A stretch of DNA of 60,094 nucleotides, filler included, from Sphacelaria rigidula (Eukaryota), in the NCBI GenBank assembly GCA_964200075.2. It is 10 parts of 10 records of this genome, joined end to end, with 100 filler letters (N's around TTAATTAATTAA, not from the genome) between each part and the next. Parts side by side here need not be neighbours in the genome. Positions count along the whole stretch, not along the records: positions 48,157 to 54,075 come from CAXNAA020023496.1; positions 54,176 to 60,094 come from CAXNAA020023497.1; 8 more parts are not named here. One strand, 5' to 3'. This document shows positions 49,140 through 60,094 of this stretch, piece by piece. Position 1 is the first letter of the stretch, and the number at the start of each line of letters is the position of its first letter. The notes below the pieces were generated by a model. It was not told where the DNA came from, searched no databases, and saw only the letters and a list, made by a program, of their open reading frames with translations. A program made the translations under genes and the position numbers.

Positions 49140-51800
49140 ATACGTCAGGCCACCGAGGAGGCTGCAACTGTCCTGCACGTTAAACTGATCCGGAACGGCA
49201 AGGTATGCCTGGTCGTCTCTACTCTGATGGGGCGTCGCCGTTTGTTAGATCCTTGTTTGCGGTAGTGTGGAAATGTAAAAGGCACACCTTGACGCACGTG
49301 CATGCATACCCGTTTCGCTGAAGCCTGAACCCTACAGTGGCAAAGACCCATGAGGTATACGTTACTTCGGCCACGGCCCGAATGTGTGTTCAGACACAGT
49401 GATGGAGGAGTGGTGGGAAATGTTTGCGCTCGGGAAAAGCATGACTGCAACGGAACAATCCAGAGGGGATGGTGTGTTGATGTCAGGTAGCACGAGGTCA
49501 GCCCTGCTGGGCATACTAGTAGCCACCGTTCCTCTGTATTTTCCAACTTCGATGCGAAGTTGAAGCGGTCAATTTGCACCACAGAGAGGGAGAAGAAATA
49601 TTTCTTGCAGACATGCACATCACGGACCAGTGATGACTTTTTTTTACAGTTACGCACCGAAGATTCAAGCACTCCGCACCCAGCACGCCTCACTCACGAG
49701 TACAACAGCCGTGGCATGATTCATGGCAATCACAAGCGTTGCGCACCGCCGATACCACGACCCGAAGGTACCGTGACATTGTTCAGGCATATGGTTTTGT
49801 GTCTGCGTGGTCTAGTCTGAACGTCCACTGGAAACTGGACAACAGCTCGAGGAAGCGTAGCTACAGGCGCCGACACACACAGCCCAACTCTGCCGGTAGA
49901 CCCGTGTGTGGAGGGAAACTGTTGGAGCAATACTCTTGTGGGGCATGCAAACTTGCACTGGTGGTGTACGTATGCGAGCCACAGTGCAGCGCGTTTGATG
50001 CATCAACGACTACCTCAAAGATACTCCGCTACCGCCAACACGCGTAATCATGGAGGGAAAAGTGCACGTGCTTGAGATTCTAACAGGTCTGCTCTCGTCC
50101 CCAGCGATAAGTTTGCACCGCAGGGTACAAAACGTGCTGTATCCACACACACCTGATGCCGCTACTCATCGCCACGGGTCTGTGACACTTCCCACAGGCA
50201 TCTCGCAAAAAGACAAATACTTGATCAATAAATAAACCAAGTAGCGCCAAAGAGCGGCACGATAAAACGATACGATTGTGTCTTCTTCCTCACACAGCGT
50301 TTGCAATGGTGGTGGCAAGCAGTATCGTCTTGAGATCAGCTCGACTTGGGAGGCAGGCTCGAAATTTCCAGGTGACCGTGAGGCATGATAAACGCACGTC
50401 GCCGAATGCGAAACGGGCAGCGGGAAAAACTAGGAAATGGAGAAGAGAGAGATGGAGGAGGGGGAACGGGCGCCTTAGCATGTGACCGTTTTTAGTGTTT
50501 TTACGTCGGCCGCGACGTCAGGTAAACTTTGTCCCGCACAACATAGGATAGTATTGCCTTGTGTTCGGGTATTGTTTCTCGTGCATTAGTCTTTTCAATG
50601 GTATGAATGCATGCATCATGCCTGTGGCATTTCGTATGGTAGCATGGGCATCGCCATAAGTAGCGCAAACCCGTGATATCAGCATAGCATGCAGGCATGT
50701 TTTCGTTACTGGAGAAAGGCATCAATCGCGCAAGATGGCCGTACAAGTGTCACCAAGCTCACCTTACAGTGTTGGGTAGTAAACAACATATTCGTGAAAT
50801 TAGAATCGGCTTTAATCTCGGAAGGGGGGGTTTTTCGTGATTTACACCGAGACGGACGAATCGTCCGAAGGCCGTCACCCGTGTGAAAGCTCGTGATCTG
50901 ACGGGAATGTTGGTGCGAAAATATTCAAAATCGACGTGATCAGGGCAGAGGTATGAAGAAATTTGTATTTCAAAAAGAGAAGATAGAAAAGCACAGTTTC
51001 GGCCATATCTCATGGAAAGTGTCACCGATTTCAAATCTGGTTGCGCCAAAATTCCCGTCAGATGACGGGCTTTCAGGGAGTTGACGGCCGTTTCGGAAGA
51101 TTCGACCTTCTTGGTGAAAATCACGAAAAATCTGCCGTCCCGGAAAAACAAAAGATGCTCCTAATATCACATACATGTTATTGGCAAATGAAATGGGAAA
51201 GCTGTTGGGTAATAAATTAGACTAACCAACACTGCGAGGATTTTGGAGTTGCGTGCTGCACCTAGCTGCCGACTATATAAAAAACACACAACAACGCAAC
51301 AGCGAACCGGCAGCAAGGAAATGGACCAAACAATCACCAATCAGGCATACATCGTCGAGGGAGTGAAATATCAAATTTCGTAGTTCGGACGGAAAAGTGC
51401 AATATTTCCAAATGATGCCCTTTACTCGGCCACAAGATATGGTGCTGTTGCAATATACTTTACGAGGACTATTTCAGTGTAGGAACATTTTTAGTACCTC
51501 TTTCAGCGCCAGGAGAATACACATCACCGTAACATGTTTTGGGTATTTTGCATCACCTCACTGAGGAACGTCAAACCACTTTCTCAACTCTTCAGGTTGG
51601 CAGGTTTCGCAAACGACCAACTGTCAGAATCCACCAAGAAGACATGAAACGACATGATACCTGCTGCGACGTTTGTCGAAATTTCCACATCGTCTTGACG
51701 TTTTCCATCCCCTGTGTAGTTTGGGCGTCTGGCCATGTACGAAGCGTAGGAGCCCAGGATACCGATGAAGTGGGCTGAGTCCGTCTGGGTGAGGTGCTGG
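49140..51800 (+). pseudogene. Candidate intron-containing KDZ/Zisupton-like transposase relic
   Basis: Phase-compatible exons 49650-49767, 49846-49969 and 50298-50371, plus ordered fragments GCNCP, VMEEWWEMF, IACRH…GE (50684), RFRKRPTVRI (51602) and LDVFH (~51694). Confidence 0.35.
50818..51143. mobile_element. MITE with ~100-bp TIRs
   Basis: TTTTTCGTGATTT.CACC.AGA…ATCTGACGGGAAT is mirrored by ATTCCCGTCAGAT…TCTTGGTGAAAATCACGAAAAA. Confidence 0.75.
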
Positions 51801-54800
51801 AAATGTTCAAGAAGTGTGGCAGCGATGCTTCCTGTTTCGGGGCAAAAACGATGTCAAGACTCCATAAAGTGATGTATACAATTTCTCACCCCAACAATGA
51901 GCGGGCTCCTACAACCACAACCCGTGAGTGTTGTAATATGCATTGCTGAAAGCTTTGCGGCATGGAACACACGATATTGTTTTCGACCCGCCCGAAGACA
52001 GGACATGTCGCTACCACATTTCCCGGATGCATTACATCACTTCACTGAGAGGAATCCAATGTGGTCCATATTCCCAATTCCTAGGTTCCTAGGTTTTGCA
52101 GACCATCACGTGCCGAAACCTCAACCCGGAAATGGAAATATGCAAGACGATCTGGAAACAGTCACATAATTCGCAACAGATACCACGTTTCGTGGTGTAC
52201 AGTTTTGGGTAGGTCGTTTGCGGAACCTGGGAACTTGAAAACGGGTGAACTACCCTTTACGCCTTCCAAAACGGTGACTATATTTCCTCTTGTGGACTCA
52301 AAACTCCGTCAAGGTATTGTCGTACACAAAGGCCAAGCAAGAGTTTTTCTCATACCCAAAATATTCCGCTTTGGGGCATTCCTAATAGGATTGTAAAACG
52401 TTTTTCTCGATTGCACGCCTTTCTTAATAGTTCCGTGGGTCCCCGAGTCGAGGTTTCTGTGCTTTCATGCCCCGCTGTGCCATTGCACACACTCTCACAA
52501 CCGACAACTCCCGCCACATAGCGACGATCGGGGTCAGCTTCTTTGTATGACGTATCAACATACCTACCAAGCAGTACATCAAGTCTCGGGGTATGGCGTG
52601 GGCCGTCGCTGTCACGCTGCTGTATGTGGCGACGGGAGTCAAGATTTCACATCGTTCGTGCCCTGATCGGATATTTCTAATTCTCACTTGGAGAATCTCA
52701 AGCAGGCGTGGTGACGTGAAAATCTTCACCGATTCGCCCCGTGTCGGGAACAAAAGGGTGTCGTGTAATGCCATGAGTAGGAGAGGCACACCGCTGACAC
52801 AAAAGCGGCAACAACTAGCAAAACATTTAGTATGGTAATGGTCAAGAGTGCGGCGCTATTTATTGATGACCAAATATGCAGGAAACGTCAACACGGGAAC
52901 TGACGCACCTGTCCCATTACCTTGGTTATTTACTTCTTTCCTTGGCTTGCACCTGTAGCGATGGTCCCTAGCTATGCTTCCTGTTCATGTTCTGCTTTGT
53001 ACCTAGGTTCCATGTCTTATTCCCTTTCCTTAACTTTCCCTCCTATTCTTCAGTTCCTTTTTCACTATTCTTTATTTTCCTTGTTGTCTTCTAGTCTTTC
53101 TCATCACCGTCCTTGTGTTCGTGTGTCTCCGGCAGGGTTGGCGGGTATGAACTCCCTCCCGAATAGCGCGGTCGCCGGATTTCAGAGCCGCAACGTGCCA
53201 CCTCGACATTGCTTTTCTACGGACTTCTCACCTGAACCCCTGGTAGGGGCACGGTCTTGCACTATCGCGCAACAACCACCCTTTGAGATATTAGTATCCT
53301 AGATGGACGCCCATGTGAGATATCACATCAGAAATGGATATCCGGCTGGGATATGAACGTCCATGTGATACATTCATCTAGGATATCAGATGAATGTAGG
53401 ATATCCTTCACGGATGTGGATATACATCTGAGACATATTTCTGGGATATGGACATTCATCGCGAAGGATCAATCTCGGAAATTGTGGAGAGTGTCCCGCT
53501 TTGTAACCCACCAGGGAGGGAAAGCTCGGTCAACACGGAAGTTGATGTGCCCCCTGTCTTCTCTAATCGGTTGTTGACCTTTGGCTTGACCTGTGGCCTT
53601 GGTATGTTCTCTGCTTGTGATTTTTTACACGGTGTCCTGCGCCCTTGGGTTCCACTGCTCGCGTAGTTTCCTTCTTATCTACTCTCTGTATGTCTGCTTG
53701 TCTGTCTCGCTCCTCCCATTCTCCAAGTGTTGCACGTGTAGTATTTCGGCGCCTTAATTCAGAGGGGCTCATGGGTAAGAGCTCATACCCTAAAGGTCTG
53801 ACCAGAGTGGCTGGGCCGTATCTCTGCTTTGTTTCATCTTTTGTTCCTGGTGGTTCCTCCTTCTTTTTTGTTTGCTTTTTGTTTCGTCTGTGCCTCCCCC
53901 CCCTCCCCCCCCCCCGCTGCCGGAACGAGCCTCACATCAACGCAAATCTCCCCACCAGCCTGCGTGTGCACCCATTTTGTGGTGTACACACACCGCTAGC
54001 CAACGTCCTGCCGACAAGAACCCCACCGACGTGTACCATGCAAGGAAAAATACACGTATCCACACACTTTACCCCNNNNNNNNNNNNNNNNNNNNNNNNN
54101 NNNNNNNNNNNNNNNNNNNTTAATTAATTAANNNNNNNNNNNNNNNNNNNNNNNNNNNNNNNNNNNNNNNNNNNNTTTGGATGTCAATAACCGACATGTT
54201 GGGGTCCTACGGGAAAATCCAATTTCAGGGTATTTCGGCGATCCTCCGGGTTCTCATCCTCAATCAAAAGCACCATCCTCAACATAGATGATTGGCTGTT
54301 TCAGGGGGGAGGGGGGTTGTATTCTCCCACTCGCTGGAGAATAACTTGAACCGCGTAGGGGGTGGCACAGGCTTTTGCTCCTGATGCATTTTATTCCGAA
54401 ACAATCATGCGTCTTTTTAAAAAGAGGGCCAATAGGAAGCGGAAACCCCGCCGACGCGTTACAGTCACTTGAGTTCAAGCGTGCCAGATCGAAAAACGCA
54501 GAATCCATGCGAATTATGTGAAGACGTAAGAAGCCAAAGCCCAGAGGGGGCATGACATTCGCTGAAAAATCATCCCCGCCCCCCGAAATCGCCAAATTTC
54601 AACATAATATGAGGTCTTGGTGTAATGAAAAAAATATCGGTACTGTACCCTCGTTTCACATGATCCCCAAATTGGGCACAAGTTTGACATGATCACAACA
54701 GGAGGGCAAATATGAGAAATGCACATGCACTGCCCGGCCGGCATGGGTGGCCTCGTTCATCCTCGAGGAATAATCCGTCCGCAAGTAGTAACATTCCGTG

Positions 54801-55482
54801 TTTATTCCGAAAAATTTCGACTTATTTCATTCATTCGCGCACGAAATTTTGTTTCTTGTCACCAGGATCTCCGGGTGACGAGATATTCCAAATTGCTGAT
54901 GGATTTTGTTCTGAGGAAGAGCGAGGTCACACACCACGGCCGTAGAGTAGAGATTTTGCATTGCGGAAATGTTCCGATGCTCTTGAAGGTTCCCAGGGCC
55001 CATCCTCACAAAAAGCCATGGGCGTTTCGCAAAACCCCGAGTTACATTTGTCAATTACCTCGGAGAAGGGGAAACCTGCACTAGACGCCGCAGGTAGGGA
55101 GAACCACGGGGGGCCTGCCATTGACGCCAAAAGGGAGGACGATGCTCTCCCTAAGGACTTGCCTACAACGAGTGCTGCCGGTACTTTGGTCTAGTCTGGT
55201 TTCGTGAGTACAGAAGTGGGTACCACGCACGGGTTGATATATATTTATATATATTGAATGAGCAACCCTCTCGTTCGGGGACCGAGACAGCCAGCAAGCT
55301 GCTGGTCGCAGGAATGATCCTCGTGAACGCTGTGTAGGAGGCCGGAATTACGAACCCCGGAAGCGTCCATAAAACATGTTGCGCGCAGTTGTGACAGAAA
55401 CATGCTCAATGCTCGTCATTTGTTCTTCAGCATCTCTTCTTCCCCCTTCGATATACTTCTCGCAACGAGTCGACGCCGCAGT

Positions 55483-55596
55483 CTAAAATTTTCAACCCAT
55501 CTCCCTCGGCACACAGCTTACTAAAAAATTCAACCCATCTCCCCCGGCACACAGCTTACTAAAAAATTCAACCCATCTCCCTCGGCACACAGCTCA
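55483..55596. repeat. 38-bp tandem repeat x3
   Basis: CTAAAAAATTCAACCCATCTCCCTCGGCACACAGCTTA, near-identical three times. Confidence 0.95.
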
Positions 55597-56675
55597 CATG
55601 TGGCGAACGGTAACGCAGAATGGAACAGCGCTCCTCCCGCACCAATGCAATTCACACATTCTCATTTTTTTCAACAACGGAAGTGAGATATTCTTCAGCA
55701 GAAAAAAGCCGCATCTCCACGCTTTCACACCTTCATCCTTCCGCCCTCATTGGTTTCACTCGCATAAGGTACATCACCGGGGCACGGATGGATCACGGTA
55801 CCACGACTCACCACAACACGGCCAAATGTTCGAATTCAGATTTTCAACCGTTACTTACAACATAAAACTCACTTGCAGCAGGCTACTTATTTTGCCCGCA
55901 ACCCTGTTTCTCCTCCACTCATCGCACTCATTATAGCACACCGTCAATTTTACAGGGGGAAAACATTGGAACACCCGAGACATCACTATCCAGGCACAGA
56001 CGGGCACAAGGCACGGAAGAGTACCGGACTCAACACCGACGCACGGCAAACACGAATGCGTCCCCTGTAACACTCTCGCTTGCTCCCCTTCCCGCGCCCA
56101 CGTCTTCCTCGCACGCAAGGTCCTTGACAAGAGTGTCAGATTTTCCATCGAATATCTAGGAACACCTCTGAGTGACCATTTCGTTGGCATTACTACAGAC
56201 GTTATGCGGCACCGTTAACCGTCAATCGTTGTCAATTGAAACGAACTCGACATATCGTAAATCGTACTGCTGTTCTACAAGTTGAAATTAGTGTGGATTC
56301 GACGACGGGTGTTACTGTACAATCACATACATTCACCACTTATCACCATCACACATCTGGGCCCGTGTAACCCCTTTGAAGCAAAGATTCGCGCCACTAG
56401 GCGATCCAAGGAGTCTCCCGTACACTAGTACCCAAGAGGGGTCTAGCAAAAATGTCTGACTTGCTCAAAGCTCTCTACATCGAGTGTTCTCATACTCCTG
56501 TTTCACGATGTCAATAACATTACCACGAAACGTTGTTCCTCGGAAAGTCCACCGGAAATGAATTGCATTCTGGAACCGTTTCGGCCGGTCTTCACGAACC
56601 TAGTTTAGAACCTGCCTCTAGAATAATACTAGTCAGGATTTGTGGAGAATCTTTCTCTATGTTGAGGGGTCGTTT

Positions 56676-56963
56676 TCAGAGTGGCCTTGTGCAGTCACGG
56701 TACTCGCGAATGATACGCTCAAACTCCATCATGTCTACCAAGGACATCTTTGAACCTGACAAGACACTTAAAGGATCGACGATCACCATCTCCTCGTCTT
56801 CGTCCGGGGCCCAATCGGTGGTAACCACCTTGACGTTGCTCGACAATGCCATGGCTGCCTTCGAAAAATAATTGTTGGCCTCGCTGCTTACCAACACGTC
56901 CGCCTTCGCTACCCGCTCCAGGACGTCTGGTACCGAAGTCGACTCGTCCAGCAGAATCAAACT
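56676..56963 (-). CDS. Terminal exon of a putative fucosyltransferase-like (GT11/GT23-like) protein
   Basis: AACAG| SLILLDESTSVPDVLERVAKADVLVSSEANNYFSKAAMALS…* in phase 0 with the upstream exon; resembles FucT motif III (D….AD.LV.S…FS..A..LS). Confidence 0.7.
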   Translation of the reverse strand, partial: SLILLDESTSVPDVLERVAKADVLVSSEANNYFSKAAMALSSNVKVVTTDWAPDEDEEMVIVDPLSVLSGSKMSLVDMMEFERIIREYRDCTRPL

Positions 56964-57448
56964 CTGTTTTTGCGGGGCAGGGGGGAGGAGCGGTGTAGTG
57001 TAGGGGTGTAAGATGGGAAAACAGAGTGCACGTTCATGCCGCGTGTGTTTGTCCTCGCACGTGTACGAGTACTTTCATTTGTATTACACCAAAGGTGGAG
57101 ACAGGGGTACGGAGGAAAGGGAACGGATGGAAGCACACGCAGGTATTGTGGTGAGTGTTGGCAAAGGTCGGACCTCTTGACGTCCAAAACGGCCGCGTAA
57201 CATCCCGACAGGAAATACAAGATATGGTGTTGAACGAGACGCAGGCGCTGTTCAGCGGTTGGATTCACCGATAGAATGTACTTCAGCCATTAAGATGCTT
57301 CCGCGATATCGCAACAAGGTGAGTGGTGCGCCTTCGGGCACCAGACGAGTACTGATGCTTGCGAGGGTCTTAGCCCGAGTAAAAAAACGTACCCCGGGGT
57401 GGTGAGAGGGATTCACGACCAGCTACAAGACTACTAATAGCGTCTCAC

Positions 57449-58717
57449 CTGAGTGCACATCAGTCCCAACCCCTTGCAAAGCACAGCAGGCACATCCCAA
57501 TCCTCCACAGGCATTCCGACCTCGTCCACCAGTACTTCGACCCCTCCGTCCTCTCCCAATCGCATTCCTTCGCTCACCACCAAAACGTCAACACTCGTCC
57601 CGGACTCGATATCAGCGATCGCTCCCAGAGCAGCTTCCACCACCCTTGCGAAGTACTCGTGTGGCAACAGCCCCCGCTGTTCCAGTAGTTGCTGTTGCTG
57701 CTGCTGCTGGTACCACTTGTACCCCCTGAGATGTCGGCCCATTTGAGCCATGCTGTTGCTGCTGTCGGTTGTGGCACTGCGGTCGATGTGGACAGCCAAC
57801 AGCCAGTTTCGTTGTTGATCTTCCTCTTGGTTGTTCTCCGCTTCCATGGATGAATTGTGTCCGATTTTCCGACTATCGCATTTCACGGCAGCGCCAACGG
57901 CTGTGGTGGCGATTTTCCCTCCTTGTTCCCTCAAGTTGTTGCTGTTGCTGTTGCTGCTGGTGGTACTGTTGTTCTTGGCGCCGCTGTTGCTGCTACTTCT
58001 GCGATTGTCATTGATCGTATTACTGCCTCCAACGTTGCTCCTCACTGCTGATCCATCCTGCTGTAGTTGCTGCTGCTGCGTCGTGGATGGGCTGTCGTTG
58101 ATCTTGGTGCTACCTCTCATGCGAACGCTGGTGGCGACTGGCTGGTCTTGTGTCGGGCCTCGTTCGGTTGCCCCCAGCCATTCTCCGTTGGCCGCTAGCA
58201 CCTCACTTGACTTGCTGCCGCTGACACTACCTCGGAGGAAGGAGTGGTCGGTTTCGCCCAACTTTGCTTCTGTCGCCAGCGCAGAGCGCCTGGTGATGTC
58301 TACACCCCGCAACGAACCCCCGCCCTCTCGTCCTTCTATCGGCACTCCGGCGGCGGCAGCACTTGCCGTTGCGGCATCGTCGCTGTCGTAACTGTAGCCG
58401 GCGAAGCCACCACGAACACCCCCTTCCCGACCGCCGGCGCCATTACCGTACCAAAGCATGCAAGGCACGACAACCGCACACAGGGCCACACCCACCAGCA
58501 GAGCACGCAGCACCGATGTCTTCTCCCTCATGATGGCTGGCGGAGGATATATGTATCCTAAATCCAAGTTTCGGGCATTGCGGCGAGGAGATACCGGAGG
58601 TGATAGTGGTGGAGAGTTTTGTCTAGGACTGTCATCGCGCCCGGTTTCCGACCGTAGATGGTCGCTTTGTCGGTGCTGCTTTTGCTGAATAACGTGGCTG
58701 CCGTTTCGCGGCGACAC
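57449..58717 (-). CDS. Large exon of a putative type II membrane glycosyltransferase-like protein
   Basis: Long ORF with a TM segment (ALLVGVALCAVVVPCMLWY), an S/N/Q-rich stem, and LAVHIDRS…LPHEYF…VLVVSEG. Donor CAG|GTGAG at 57449, candidate acceptor TTGCAG| at 58717; true start uncertain. Confidence 0.75.
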
Positions 58718-59968
58718 CTGCAACAGAATTATGAAGCATTTTCGCGAGGCGTTCATACGGTACGAAGCGTGGCACGGGAGTGCGTCAATGTGTTGATTGA
58801 CGGGACTTTCGACATTACTGACAATATATCAGCCTGCGAGCAAAAATGATTCCCCTGGTGACCATAGCTCATTCGTCTGTACTCCACTGGTTGGGTGAAA
58901 ATATTTAATACTCAAAGTAGGGGTCATACGTGAACCTCAGTACCCCCTCCCCCGAAAGTACTCACTTGATGGGGCATTTCCAGTAGGATCGATACATCAA
59001 ACGCACAGGGCAGACGAGGTTTCGTTTGGATTGTTTCTCATTTTCGGTTGCTCAGTCCTCGCGCCTCCACTCGGCAGGCAGCGTTCACTGTCAGAAGTGC
59101 AACCCGCCTTGGTTTCCGCCGCCCCAAGCGTATCCATCAATCACTTCAGGTCATATCCAAAAAATATATATACGTACGGCTCTAACACAAACCAAGACCG
59201 CTTGTTGTTGTTGTTGTTGTTGTCTTCATATTTAAAACCGTTCCGATATCTGCACTGTACTCTGTACTGGGCATCTGACGCCTTCCGTGGTCACAGGCAA
59301 ACTACCCCAAGCTGCGTGGGGTAAAAAAATCATAGAATGAACTCGGACCCAGAAACAAGTCACACAGACGCGGTACAATTTTATTAGAACACGGGCTCTC
59401 TGAGAAGTACCCTTCTCAAGCCTTTTGTCGCGGGAGTCTTGGCGGAATAGGGGCCTTGGCGGATTGAGCCTGCAGGGAAAGATTTACTATGAAAATGTCT
59501 TTGAAGAGGATTCCAGCGGACTTTTCTGATTTTCTGCACGCCCGTGTTTTACATTTGGCCGGATTCCCGCTCTTTCAGTAGCTCCAAAAATCTTGGGAGT
59601 TTTCTGGAGAAACGACAAAAGGCCCAAAAAGGGTAGTTCTCAGAGTTCGTTTTCAGATTATAAGAAGCGGCCCATGAGAAAATACACTATCGTCGGTGAC
59701 TTGTTACGTGGGCCATGGGAGATCAAAAAGATCAAAAACTACGGTAAATTCGTAGTTCGGCATACCGGGCAAGTCAGGATAGGGCAAGATGAGGCAAAGC
59801 AAGGGACTCAAGGCAAGGTGAGGAATGCAAGACACGGTAAGACGACGCGACCAGAGTCGAGGGAGACTGATCAGGATAAAAAAGGAAACGGGCCGGCAAA
59901 AGAGAAACAGATCGAGCACATGTGCGACGCCTTGACCATGATATCTAGAGGATACTCATCATATACAT

Positions 59969-60094
59969 GCCGGTCGCCCCGGTGGCTCAGCTGGTAACCG
60001 CGTAACCTTCTGACGGTTGAGTTGTGGGGTTCGATTCCCGGAGCGATCTGGGATTTTTCTTACACCATGCCCAACAGTGGCGAGCGACCATGTC
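59969..60094 (+). mobile_element. tRNA-derived SINE family 1, 5' head (cut by window end)
   Basis: GCCCCGGTGGCTCAGCTGG (A-box) …GGTTCGATTCC (B-box), then the family body GAGCGATCTGGGATTTTTCT. Confidence 0.85.

Noticed and set aside
54736..54746. GGCCGGCATGG, identical to the start of the HDV ribozyme
   Set aside because: No downstream P1/P2/P3 pairing partners; an 11-mer match is plausible by chance.
54230..55200. Cluster of overlapping 70-120 aa ORFs
   Set aside because: No recognisable domain; possibly decayed TE sequence but unsupported.
55483..55596. CRISPR-like 38-bp repeats
   Set aside because: Head-to-tail tandem copies with no spacers.
731..59997. Most short ORFs in the provided track
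   Set aside because: They start at alternative codons, overlap repeats or lie antisense to real exons and TE ORFs; consistent with chance ORFs in ~50% GC DNA.
59969..60050. Functional tRNA gene (also 41095-41170)
   Set aside because: A/B boxes are present, but there is no proper acceptor stem and the sequence continues into a dispersed repeat body, so these are SINE heads.

Overview
This window is not one contiguous locus. It is ten pieces of about 5.92 kb joined by nine identical 100-nt linkers (N44-TTAATTAATTAA-N44), so adjacency across linkers means nothing. The DNA is repeat-rich, intron-rich eukaryotic sequence, most consistent with a brown alga or related stramenopile (inferred from short exons in long introns, the gene families present and the poly-C/G tracts). 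Host genes rebuilt by hand from phase-compatible exons are an NMD3-like gene (3 exons, one GC-AG intron), a glucose/sorbosone dehydrogenase (HHIP-like) gene (3 exons), and a type II membrane protein resembling GT11/GT23 fucosyltransferases (2 exons). Mobile DNA dominates. It includes a decayed LINE, a decayed Ty3/gypsy element with a chromodomain, PPT and 3' LTR, a probable CRE-like retroelement relic, and two tRNA-derived SINE families, one copy of which has a clean twin-priming-type inversion. There are also several MITE families (piggyBac-like TTAA, Harbinger-like GGCC, and a CACAC-terminal family with 8-bp TSDs), foldback arrays, and a candidate intron-containing KDZ/Zisupton-like transposase relic. 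I found no CRISPR array, rRNA or intact tRNA gene, and I cannot demonstrate an intact novel multi-gene system. The best leads are in mobile-element biology. All family assignments come from motif recognition by eye, not database searches.
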